A stretch of 64,000 nt of DNA from Raja brachyura (lineage: Eukaryota), in the NCBI GenBank assembly GCA_963514005.1, contig OY740797.1, forward strand, positions 20,026,001 through 20,090,000, read 5' to 3'. Below are positions 1-13,300 of this stretch, piece by piece; within the stretch, counting starts at the first letter, position 1; every line of letters begins with the position of its first letter. Position numbers and translations under genes: made by a program. Below the pieces are notes generated by a model, which had not been told where the DNA came from, searched no databases, and was given only the letters and a program-made list of their open reading frames with translations.

Positions 1-1197
1 CTTGCAGTGTGCTGCCAGGGGTGGTGGTGGAGGCAAATAACAGTGGTGTTTAAGAAGCTTTTCGATAGGCACAAGGAAGTGCAGGGAATAGAGGGATATG
101 GATAATGTACAGGCGAATCATCCACTTTGGTAGAAAAGATAGAAAGGCGGAATATTTTGTGGACTGAGAAATGGAAGTGTTTGGTATTTCGAGGGACTTG
201 GTTGGCTGGATACATTATTGCAAATAGGCCAGTGCAATGTTGGCCTTCATTGCAAAATAATTTGAGGGAATGAGTAGGGATGCCTTGCTATATTTATGCA
301 GGGTCATTTTGAGGCCACAGCAGTAATGTGTATATTTCTCATCTCTTTGCTTAAGAAAGGTTATACTTATGACAAAAGGTTTGCAGTAAAGGTTCACTAA
401 ATTGAAACCAGCAGGTTTGTCAGATGAGGAGTGAATATATGGTCTGCAATTATGCTGTCTTTGTTTTGGATCTATGAGGTGTGATGTCATTGAAATATGT
501 GCAATTCTTAATTTTTGATGGCAGTGTAGGCTGTATACATGAGGTGGATGTATACAGGCTTAAGGGTGAGTATATTATGGGGTAACTAGAGAGATGATGG
601 GGCCACTCAGAAGCCAGAGTGTTCATCAATGTGTGGAAGTGCATGAGATGGGGAAAGGTTCTCCATGAATATTTCTCTTCTGTTTTTCACGACAGAGAAA
701 GACATAAAGACCGGGGAACTTGGGGGAAGTTGATGGAGATATCTTGAGGATAGTCTGAGAATGTCAGAGTTGAGCAAGTACTGAAAGTCCATAGATGTAC
801 AAAGGTAGATGAATCTACCGTCTCATCTAATAAATCCAAGAACACTGGGAAGCTGAAGTCTTGTTATCGTTAGACACAGGTGAGGTGCTAGACAACTGGA
901 GGGTGACTAATGTTATGAATGAATACGTTTATTGGCCAAGTATTCACATACAAGGAATTTGCCTTGGTGCTCCACCCACAAGTGACAATGAGATCTGCAA
1001 TGTAAGTTGAACCAATACTGCAGTAATTAATAGTTTTGGCAGTCTACAAATATTTTTCCTTTTTTCTATTCAGAGATTATAATCATCAGAATTCCTCTTT
1101 ATTTTTGTAAAGAAACTGTAAGAGAAACATGTCTACTTTATTGCAGCATAAATGCTTCTTGACAAGTTTACCTGTGCCTTTCTGCCTTCCTTTACAG

Positions 1198-1346
1198 AAC
1201 TGGGTCTTCAGGTCAGCACTCAGCCATTCACACACTGTGTGATACCAGACTTTATACAGAGTCAGTCATTCTTGGCAGGACTTCAAAATGACCTTCTGCA
1301 ACTAAACTTTCATGAAAAATCCAATGATCTTTATAAATTTAAGCAG
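1198..1346 (+). CDS. OGFOD1: OGFOD1 exon 2
   Basis: tttacag|...aagcag|gtgaga; [50 protein letters not shown]. Confidence 0.95.
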
Positions 1347-4300
1347 GTGAGAAGCAGTTTTGCAGATAACAAATGAAAGGGTTGGTTGGAGGGAGAAAAA
1401 AATGAAATTCATAACACCAAAAGGACAGGGCCTTTTGCTACAGTATATGCATGCTAATGAAACCATGCTGTAGTGATACTAATTTCCTTGCTTTGAATGA
1501 GCCCAGCATGCATATCATGAACAGCTTCTTCAGAAGGGTATAGACATTGGGGTTCTATCACTAGCAATGTGCGCACAATGTGAACAGAAGAATAGGCAAA
1601 GGGATAGAATGAGAGAAAGAAGGAGTTAAGTAATTTTCATATACAAAATTATTTTTGCATCATTTTAGTTATTTTCAAAACCCTGCAGCCAATTTACCAT
1701 GTTAATACTTTAGCCTTTGTTGTAATTTCAGAAAATATGCAGAATTCTTGGAATGGCAAAGTTGAGGTGATGATTGTATAATAGAAACTCTGAAATGTGG
1801 GGTGAGGTGCATAATGTAAAGTTTGCAGTGACTTGACAAAGTCACTGCAAACTTTGACAATCACATTAAGTTCCAGTTACAATGTTTGCTGACATTTTAG
1901 TTTCTTAATAGAGACAAGATGTTACAGACATTTTTAAAATATAATTTGAAAGATTGTATTAAATTATTGAAGGTAAATTGGAGAGTGTAAACCACAGCTG
2001 ATCCCATGCAATGGTGCCTGGAGTGGCCATTAATAGAAGTGATGAGATGAAATTTCAAATGTAAGTATGTAAAGACGGCACAGTGGTGGAGCACCAGAGA
2101 CCAAGGGTTGATCCTGGATATAGTTGCTCTCTATATGGAGTTTGTACGTTCTCCCTGTGACCGCATGGGTTTTCTCTGGGTGCGCTGGTTTTCTCCCACA
2201 TTCCAGAGACGTGTGGGTTTGTAGGTTAATTGAATTCTGTAAATTGTCCTAAGTGTGTAAGTTAGAACTAATGTACGGGTGATCATTGGCTGGTGCGGGC
2301 TTGGTGGGCCGAAGGGCCTGTTTCCATGCTGTATCTTTAAACTAAATTAAGCTATTCTGATTGAGCTGACGGAATGATGTTCCAGGTGAATATTCAGAGC
2401 TAAGGTTTTAATAGCGGAAAATAAATGATGCTATTAAAGAAACCCGTCTAGATGTAAATATATAGTTGGGAATGATTGATTTTGCTGGATGTTTATGTTG
2501 TCTTTTGTTTCCTGATAGTCAGATGACCTCAGGAGGAGGAAGGGGTACCATATCTCAGCACTAAGGCGAGTTACTATGAAACCACAGCTTATCCTCTTGT
2601 GGACACAACGTGATACTTCAAAAAAAAAAAAGCATTGTTCTTTTACAACAATGGGAGATAGTACAAACATTCATTGCTTTATTTGATTTATGAGATTTGC
2701 CATAATGCACTATACAACACACACTCAACAGACCCTGGTGAGTTGAAAGGCAATGTGGGAACCAGGGCCTAAGGTATTTAAACGAACTATGGGAAATTTG
2801 GCCCTCTGAGATTCATGTGAAAAGAGAAAACCAATCCCAGGTGAGTTTAAAAAGAGCACTAGAAACAGTTCCCTATGAGTTTGGAGGGACCTTGGGAAAC
2901 AGATGTTGATATTAGAGGAATTAGAGGCATTAGAGAAACACACCCTTCAGCCCAACCTGATCAGGATGCCCATCAACACTAGTCCCATCTTCCCACATTT
3001 GGCTCGTATCCCTCTGAGCCTTTCCTATCCATTTATCTGTGCAAATGTATTTTAAATGTTGTTTAAGTACATGCCTTAACTACCTCTTCTGGCAGCTTGT
3101 TCGATGCACCCACCACCTGCTGTGCGGAAACAGTTGCCTCTCAGATTCCTATTGAATCTTTCTTCTCTCACCTTAAACCTACGTCCTTTTGTCTTGATTC
3201 CCTTACTTTGGGTAAAGGATTCTGTGCATTCACCCTATATATTCCCCTCATTATCTTGTACGCCTCCATAAGATCCAGGCACGTGCCGTGAGTAATTGCT
3301 CAGGGTAGGCAGTCAGTCGGCTTAAAAAAAATCTTAAACTGTGCATGGGTAGATTGCTCTCCTCTCCGTAAGCTGTCAGTCGACTTTTATAAAGTCTTCA
3401 AAAGCCATATCTCTTATAAAAAGAACCGTAAATCCCGACAATGAAGATGCACCTGCTTCGAAGATGCACCCCCATTTTGAGTTGCTAAATTTTGAAAGAA
3501 GGCTGGTGGGACATAGAATTTCTCACGCACAAAAAAATAAAAAATAAAAATAAGGAAAGTAACAATTCAATTTGCCCAAGGCTCCCAAATCTCCTTCATT
3601 TTGAATTACTGAATAGGTGGGGGGTGGAAGGTGACGGCAGGTGGAGAGATGGTAGGAATAACGGGAGCACACCGGGACAAGTTGAATCAGTTGTGATCTT
3701 ATTGAATAGCAATACTAGTTCAAGGGACCAATGGGGGGGGGGGAGAGTTCCTTTCACAATGTGTGGGGAGTCTGGCCAGGGGTAAAGTGTGGGGAGGGCA
3801 GGAATGTTGAGAAGGAGGGGGTCGGGGATCATGTCAGTAACTCACTCAATCACAGCTGCTGCGGCGCTCCGAGAGCAGAGCCACTCCTTCTCACTCCTCC
3901 CTGTCCTCCTCCTTCTCAACGCTCCTGACCTCCCCGCAACTGTATCCCTGGCCAGACTCCCCGCACGCTGTGAAAGTAACTCTCTCCCCCCCCCCCCCCC
4001 CCAGCGATGCTGCCCTTTTATAGCCGCTTGCCTCTTTACGGCCGCTACCCATCAGCTGCCGGCAATGAGGGATAGACTTGGCTATCCCTCAGTACAGCAA
4101 CATCATTCTAGATGTTGCTGTACTGAGGGATAATCAAGTCTATCTTTCTTGGCTAACAACCTAACCTTTGGCCTCCAAGATACAGGTAAATTTTCGTGTT
4201 TTATTTTTGGGTAAAATATAGTGTCTTCATTGCCAGGAAATACGGTATTTAAAAACATATAGCTCAAAAAATTTACTTACCACATTATTTGTACACAAAC

Positions 4301-7300
4301 TCCACTCTTCTCTCTTTGTTCCTTAAGATACTCTTAAGATAATGGCAATCTATGTTTGAAAAACCCGCCAAGAAAGTTGTGCTGCGCATGCGCAGTAGGC
4401 CGCTGCGCATGCGCAGTACGCAGTCCACGATGCAAAGGCAGAATTTCAGCTGCCTTCAGCTCCCCTTGCCGTGAAGGCTTGAAGCAGTGTCGACAGCACG
4501 TGAGCTGCACATACTTTTGCGTGTTATAAGTGCTGCAGATGAAAGGCACGGAGAATTATGCCTACCTAAGAGATCGATCACTTAGGTAGGCATAATTCTC
4601 CCGTGCCTTTACTAGTTATATTTAATAATCACCATTTTATAATTTTAGTCAGGGTAGGCAGTGCCTATCTTGCCTACCCTCACGTCATGTGCCTGCTAAG
4701 ATTACCCCTCATCGTCCTGTGAGGAATGAAGTCCTAGTCTGCTTAACCTCTCCCTATCTACCAGGGCTAACTACTATATCTCTGCAAAGTAATACTTTGA
4801 TTGCTCCAAAATTGCCTGAGTTCTGATGAAAATTGATCAAATTGTTTCTCGCACATGATCTGTGTATTTCCAGTATTCTCTTATTATTGTGCATTGAGAT
4901 ATAATTTATCAGAGTTTATGAGCTGCTGATTGTTCTCTTGTAATTTTATTTCACTTGGTCTGTTATAATTTGGTTGAATTCATGATCAAACTTGGGTTTA
5001 GCTGAGATTGCAAGACCAATTTCTCTCCATGAATAAAGTTTTGTTGTATCGTATCGATTAAGTTGTTCAGATGGTTTTCTTCTATCTCTCTCCAGGAAAA
5101 TACTTTATGAAGATTTTCGTTTATGGCTCTCCGATATTGCAGATGTAAAACTGGAAAGCACAGTTGATATATCTTGTGCTAAGTATGAATACACAGGTAT
5201 ATGGTGTTAATAAGGCAAATATGGAAGATATTGATTACATGTCATTTTACTGTGAGTTCTGCCTATGTTGTATTATGTGGTACATCTGGTGTTTCAGTTG
5301 CAATGTTGCATGGCATGCACATTTAATTTCTGAGATGTATAGAGTGAACATTTTTGCTTTCAGTTGCAGATATCCAAGGAATATTTTACTATGGGAATTC
5401 TATAAATGCTATGTTTACCTTCATAATTGGTGAATTAAAACATCATCACTAGATATAATTTATATCACTAGATATAATTTATGATCATCATGTGTTGTCC
5501 TACACAGTGTGAATATTACATACAATTACTTTGTGACTGTTTTATGGGTGGTCTTCAGGTTTTCACTGTAGTTGTATATGAAAATCTTAAAAGTCTCCTA
5601 TGTTTAAAATGTTGATTTGGAGCATGTATTTAATATAATGGGTGTGCTTTGAAAAACACACAGCTTATGTCTAATATTATTTTTATGTACAACTGGCTAA
5701 AATCTTGAGTATTGATCAGGTGAAGGATTATTGCTACATCATTTAGAAATGTTACAATTTGTGTACATTGCCTTACAAGTGCTTGGATTGCTACATAGGT
5801 AAAATTGACTTTTATGTATAATCATGAGGTATATAACCAATTAACTTTTCATCCTTGTTGAGTGAGAATTGCTGACTGGTTCACCAGAGTTTTACTCCGT
5901 TGTCCACTGTAAGCTTCCTATAAGGTGATTGCCACAGATAGAAGACGCCTTCTGCAGACTCAGATCATCCATGAAGAGGAATGTTAGGGGTAGGCAAATG
6001 CTCATTGTAAAGCAATTTTGATTGCAAAAATGCTTGACAATGCAGGCGAGAATTGATTTGCAGTGTGAGCAGTGCATTGAGAAAACTGCATATATAGCAT
6101 TGTACAACCCACTCTGAATAGAGATTTAGTGTGATTGTTCCTCTCAAATAATATTACTTATGAGCTTTCAGATCAAGCAGAAACTTCTTCTTCTGTAGTA
6201 ACTGGTAGCTGTCATTATTCCAACCAGTGTGGTTAAAAGTCCAGCTGACAGGATTTTCATACTGGAAGAACAACACCAAAACGTATTCCACAAAATTAAG
6301 TGTTTCAATGTTGACATTATGAAACGCGGTAATGTACACGTTTTTAAGGCAGCCCCTTACGGCATTGCAGAGACAAATTTCTGATACATTTTTGAAAAGG
6401 CATGCTCAGAAGATAAAACAGGAAAGCATTCCTTTTCCATTATCCTGGAAAGCTATTTTCACGTGTGTTGCCTGATGTCCAAAATTTGCACGTATTATTG
6501 TTCATGTGAGTCTAGACTTGGTGCCTTAACACCGTATTTAATCACAAACCAATTGCAGCTCTTTGTTATCAATTGATTTTATAGCAGGCACCATTGAACT
6601 GAAAAATAAGAAATGTTGATAGACTTTCTGTGCCAGGAGAAAACATGATGCGATCCAACAATGGATTGAGAAAGGTGCCTGGCTTGAGTAACTTGGTATA
6701 CAGAATGGTGGATGTAATCAAACCATTAACAAAAGTTATATGATTTGAAAAACCCATTTAAAATATTCTGTAAATGTAACAGTTACATTTTTTGAACTGA
6801 AAATGAAATACTCGGTACTCTTTCATAATTTCTGAGAAAGTCTAATTAAACACTTTTAAGTAGCAACTATATTGATGTTTTGAACCCAATGTTGTTGCAG
6901 ATGTGTTGCTCTGTCATGATGATGAATTAGAAGGGCGGAGAATTGCTTTCATCTTGTATCTTGTGCCTGAGTGGCAACGAAGTGATGGTGGCACCTTGGA
7001 TCTTTATGATGCAGATGGTGAGTAGGATTTGCAACATATCACTGACTTGTATCGCTTTAGCCATGATGTACTGGTGACTCCCAAAGGTGTCTAACATATA
7101 TTCATCATTATGGTGTACATCGTTTCTGCTGATGTTTTAATTTGCAGTAATTAATGTTATGAATACCCTGACAACATCCAATGACCATGTATGTACAAGC
7201 ATAAAACAAACTGCTGAAGAATCTCGGCGAGTCAGGCAGCATTTGTAGAGGGAAATGGACAAACTATGTTTCCGATTGGGATCCTATTTTAAACTGTTTC

Positions 7301-10300
7301 TCGCTGAGTTCCTCCAGCAATTTCATTTTTTTTGCTCATGTGCTGCTGAGTTCCTCCAGCATAGTATAATTGTAGGGAATCTTGTGATTCGCCTGTGCCC
7401 TGAAGCTGGCTTTCACGTGGGGCCCAGTTGTCATATTAATTACAGCTCTGATAGGAACAGACACAAAGAATAGTTCATAAAGCAGTGGTGAGTTTCTCAA
7501 ACAAGTCAGTTTATTCAAGGCCTTAACAGTACGAGCTGGGAAACACGCTGAGCGAACCCAAAGTGTTTCAAAGATTCACAGCATCCATTGCATTTTATAT
7601 TCCCACAACATAATGGTTACATGTTCATTTTATATATTTTAAATAATTCATCATTGATCAATGTCTCTGTAGTCTTTTATCTTGTTTTTATTCCCAGTTA
7701 TCTTTAACCTTCTGACCCCTTTTAGAAAACCACTCTTCCCATTTGCAATAAAAACACTATTTCCTGATCAATTTTCTTTCCCTCAACTTAGTTTACAGCC
7801 CCCAATGTTTTTGTTAACAGGCTAGCTATGCTGTGGAATCTAAATACCTTATTACATCTATTTATTGCTTATCCTAACATCTTTAAGTTCCCTTCACTCT
7901 GTTGGCCTCTTTTCCCATCATGCTTCCCCAGCATGTTAGCTCCTGAGTTAAACATATTAAAAGCTGCTCATTTTTCTTGTAATTTTCAGATTTTCCTATA
8001 TTTATAGGTGTAATTGTGAAAAATGTAGATTTTTTTAAATTAGATGTACATAATAAAAAAACATTTTGTTTGTGGTAGTCATACATTATTAATATTGTCA
8101 ATATTATCAATTATTTAATAGTTCTACTATATATATTTTTTTAATATAGATAGAAAATAATAAAGAGAGAGAGAAAAAAACAAAAAAAAACAGAAGGTAT
8201 AATGATAGAGAAAGGAATAATTAACTAATAATACATCACTGGAGATATGTCCGTAAATTATAAAATGTAACTCTTCATCTAATCCTTAATTCGGGTTTCA
8301 GTCAGGTTCTCGTGCCGAACCAGTTTGCCCCTATAAATAGTCAATAAATGGAGACCATGTTCTGATAAAAAGTTCTTGTTTGTCCGTTAAGACAAATCTT
8401 ATTCTTTCCAAATGTAGGGTCTCCAACATTTCCATAATCCACATTTTGATTGGGGGGGTTATGGGACCTTTCCAAAATTGTAATATTAGTTTTTTCCCAA
8501 TTATTATACTGTAGTCGATAAAGTTTCTTTTGCTTGTTGTAAATATTTGATTTTGTTCTAATATTCCTAATATTATTAGTTTTGAGTCGGGGTCCAATTG
8601 GGTGTTGACAACTTCCAAAATTATCTTTAAAATTTCTGTCCAAAAATTATTAATTTTTATACAATTTACAAATGTATGCATTAGGTTAGCCTCTAAGTGC
8701 TGACATTTTTCACAGATAGGAGATATGCTTGGGAAAATTCTATTTCATTTCATTTTTGAATAACGTAATTATGTAATACTTTAAATTGTATTAACATAGA
8801 AACTAGGTGCAGGAGTAGGCCATTCAGCCCTTCGAGCCTGCACCGCCATTCAATATGATCATGGCTGATCATACAACTCAGTATCTTGTACCTGCCTTCT
8901 CTCCATACCCCCTGATCCCTTTAGCTACAAGGGCCACATCTAACTCCCTCTTAAATATAGCCAATGAACTGGCCTCAACTACCTTCTGTGGCAGAGAATT
9001 CCAGAGATTCACCACTCTCTGTGTAAAAAATGATTTTCTCATCTCGGTCCTAAAAGACTTCCCCCTTATCCTTAAACTGTGACCCCTTGTTCTGGAGTTC
9101 CCCAGCATCGGGAACAATCTTCCTGCATCTAGCCTGTCCATCCCCTTAAGAATTTTGTAATTAAGGAATGACTAGCATTTAACGAACAGTGATGTATAAG
9201 TTGTAAGCTTTCATTCCAAATATCTTGCATTAAAATATAGATAGAATTTGAGGATCTTATTTACTATGGGTTTTCAGCAAGATAAATAGGCCTTGCAGAT
9301 TTGGGCAAATTCCTTATTGTAGAATTCAGAATCAAAACATTTGCCATAGCAGACAAAATTAAAATTAGGAAAGAACATTTATTTATAGAGTCTTAGAGTG
9401 ATACAGTGTGGAAACAGGCCCTTTGGCCCAATTTGCCCACATCAGCCAACATGTCCCAGCTACACTAGTTGTGTAGCTACACTTGTTATATGCAGTAAAC
9501 TAGCTACCCTAATTATGTGCAGTAAAATTAGGACGCAACATTTTATTATTGATCAAGGGTCTTTTTACAAGTAATACAAAAGTCTTGATTTAGATGTTGG
9601 GCTGGATGGACCCATGGTCCATAATAACATCAGCAGGTTGAGTGCCAACCAGAGAACTCTCATTAGTGTGGGTCCGACAACTCTCCAACAGTTTGACACC
9701 AATCAGAATAAGGCGGTTCACCAATCTACCATCATAAACATCCATTCCCTCCACCTCCAGCACACTATCTACAATAGTCATAAGGGAACACACTTGCCTG
9801 CAGATTCAGCAACAATTTGTACACCATTATTTTTGGAAATAAATTGTCCTACCTCATTAACTAGTTCTAAAACACTGAGTGACCTGCCCTGCCCCACTGT
9901 GGAGCACCTTCATCAATTGACTAGACTTCTGCTGTCACTTCTAGTCTTCAGTGGAAAGTCACGGCAGAAGATGAGGGTGTGCAATCTTGTTTGTGAGTGT
10001 GGAAGTGATATAGGGCAAATGTGAAATTATATTTGATGAGTTGTAAGAATATTAAATATATTCTACTTGCTTGTTTAGAAATTGCAGACTTGCACTGATG
10101 CTTTTCAATCTAATTGGCTTCTATAGACCATTACCAGCCTCGAGAGATTGTCAAGTCATTAACTCCAACATGGAACACATTAGTTTTCTTCGAAGTTTCT
10201 CCTGTCTCTCATCATCAGGTACAAATGTGGAAAAAGTTCATAATAAGCTAACTGTGGACAAACGGACAAAGATGTTTCAGATGAAGACTTCAGACATTTG

Positions 10301-13300
10301 GAACCTTTGTTCTTGTTTGACGAACTTGATTTAAAGATGTTGTGATAGGTATACTGTCATAGGTGTGTTTTTTCATTATGCCCATGATATTACTGGAATA
10401 GGAATGCCCTTTGTAAAAATACACAGGAAAAGAAGCATAATAGAGAATGCCAGTTAGATTTGGATACAAAACGACATCACCAATCCTCTAACTAGGGGTA
10501 ATTCTGTTGAACTGGCTAAATAAACATTGGATTTAAGAAGGACGCAAGAGAAGGTGTGCCATCTGGTACGTTGATCAGCGCTAACACAAGCTGTAAAACG
10601 GGTGCTGCCAATAGCTAACTATCCTGCTGTTATGTTTGGCTCCATTAGAGTTTGAGCTTATTTTGCACTCTTTCCGGTCTCACAACCATTAAAAATGATT
10701 GGAGTATCGCCTCACTCCTTCACTTGGTCAAGTACTCATCTCCAGGACTCCTGGAATCCTGTCAGCCTGTGAATTTTGCCTAGTGTTTTTGTAATCCAAG
10801 CAATTTTTGCAGATGTTGAGAAATGTATTAAAACTGCTGATGGGCTTTGTAAAGGTAAAGGGACAATTTTATTCCCATATGACTTTCAAAATTTGGCTCA
10901 TGATCAAAATGGGATTTGATAAAGTTACAAATGGCTTATTTTGGTACAACATGTAACACAGGTGCACCACCAATTTTCTAGCATCCTTGGTTGCAGAGCG
11001 TTGCTGGATTATCTGTTTTGCCAGCACAACCAAGGTCATCACCTCCGAGAAGAGTCGAACGGTATTGGAATGGTCCGCCTAGGCCATCGGCGAGCCCACA
11101 AAGTCGGCCTTGGAAGTCAGCTATGGGAATGATCTGCTGGTTCTGGCTGGGCTGGAATTCGATAGCCCCAGCCATTGGGGGCAAATTCGACTTGCAGATC
11201 GATCACGGAAGTCAGCTATGGGAACTGATCTGCCGGTTCTGGCCAGGCCTGAGTTCCATTGCCCCCGCCACAGAGGGCAAATTTGACTTGCCGCAGAAGT
11301 CACAATAAGATCCAGATAGGCCATGTCTTCTGGCCTACCTGCCACTTTTTCGGGAAGATTTCCGTGAGGGATTTCAAGTGAGACCTTGTAATGTTGTCTG
11401 GATTAAACGAGGTGCCAGACCACCAGTTGTCAGAAAGTTGATTGTAGACCTGTATGAGTCATTGTGTTTTAACATTTACTGATCAATGCTTTACCTGCTC
11501 AGGTGTCCGAAGTGGTGGTAGAGGGCAAATGCCGTCTTTCTATCAGTGGCTGGTTCTACGGGCCAATGTTGGAGAGGCCACCTCGTTACATTGAATGCCT
11601 TTCTCAAGTGCCACATATTGCGTGTGATGTAAGTTGAGATTTTTCTCACAATCTGCCTTGAATAAACATTTTCTTGTCAAATACACACAAAATAGGTTAA
11701 AAGCACGATTGAGACCCAAAGAAAAGGTTGTCAAACTCTGGCCAACAACCCATTTCAACTGCAATGATGTGCCAATTATATTTTCCTATCAGTTGTAGTC
11801 TTTCTAATCGGTGCCAGTTTGTGTCAGACCAATATCATGCTGATGCAATAGTTCACACCTTATGATAGTTTTATTTATTGTCTCCTGCATCGTAGTCCTT
11901 CTGTGCACCAATAATGGAATTTGTAGAATCCACGAATGGCTCAACGGCAATGTTGATACTCACGGTAGTGAATGCAAGTCATCTTCGAGTCTGAAAGGCA
12001 GCTAAAGAGGAAGCATATCCAAAGTCCATTAGAAACATTATCTTAATAATTATAATCTTCTTTGGAATGTGCCTTTGATTGTACTACAGACTTGGTTTTT
12101 TCCACTATTATGGTTACCTATTATTACTGCTATTTCTTTATTATATTTTGATTATTATATGTGAAGTGATGTATACATATGCCGTTAAAGCACAAATAAT
12201 ACCTGATACACTAGCAGAATCTACGATTACATTAATACTTAAGAAAAATAAAGATGTGGAAGAACCCGGATAATATAGAGCTATTGCGTTGTTAAACACA
12301 GATCAAAAAATATTAGCGAAAATATTAGCTAGAAGATTAAGTAAGTATGCCAGTAAATTAATACATCTGGGTCAAACGGGGTTTATCCCTAAGATACAAT
12401 CATTTAATAATTTGAGATGTCTCCTCAACATAATGCATTCACAACAAATTGAAGATCAAAAACTAGCAATTATTTCGCTGGATGCAGAGAAAGCATTCGA
12501 TCAGGTTGAATGGAATTATATGGTTAAGGTATTGCAAAAATTTCAACTGGGAGAGAATTACATTCTATGGACTAAATTATTATATAATAAGCCAACGGCC
12601 AGAATATTTACTAATAATATTTTATCTACGAAATTTAATCTGCCAAGGGGTAATAGACAAGGTTGTTCATTATCACCATTGTTATTTGCCCTTATAATTG
12701 AACCATTAGCGGAAAGAATTAGAACCCATCCGAATATCCATGGGTATAATACAAAATATTCAAACAATAAAATATCATTATACGCTGATGATGTACTTTT
12801 GTACATCACAAAACCTTATATCACTATGCCCAATATTTTAAACTTAATTGAGGATTTCGGATCATTTTCAGGTTATAGAATAAATTGGAATAAAAGTGAA
12901 ATCATGTCAATAAAACCGAAAGATTCTACACATCTCTTACAGTTTCCTTTTAAAATAGCTAGGGAAAAATTTAAATACTTGGATATTGAAATCACTAGAA
13001 GATATCAAGATGTTTAATGCAAACTATAACCCTGTACTTAAGAAATTGAAAATTTAATTAAATTTTGGAAAACGCTTCCGATGTCCTTAATAGGCCGGAT
13101 AAACGCCATAAAAATGATTTTTCTACTACAAATTCTATACTTGTTCCAATCAATCCCAATAAACCTACCCAAAAAGTTTTTTAAAAAATTGGACTCTGAC
13201 ATTACAAATTTTATTTGCGATTATAAATCCCATAGAATACAAAGTTCACACTTGAATCCTCCAATATCATGTTTTACTATTGGTCTGTAAATATTAGAAA

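Noticed and set aside
9614-10024. 136-aa intronic ORF
   Set aside because: No motif and no splice support
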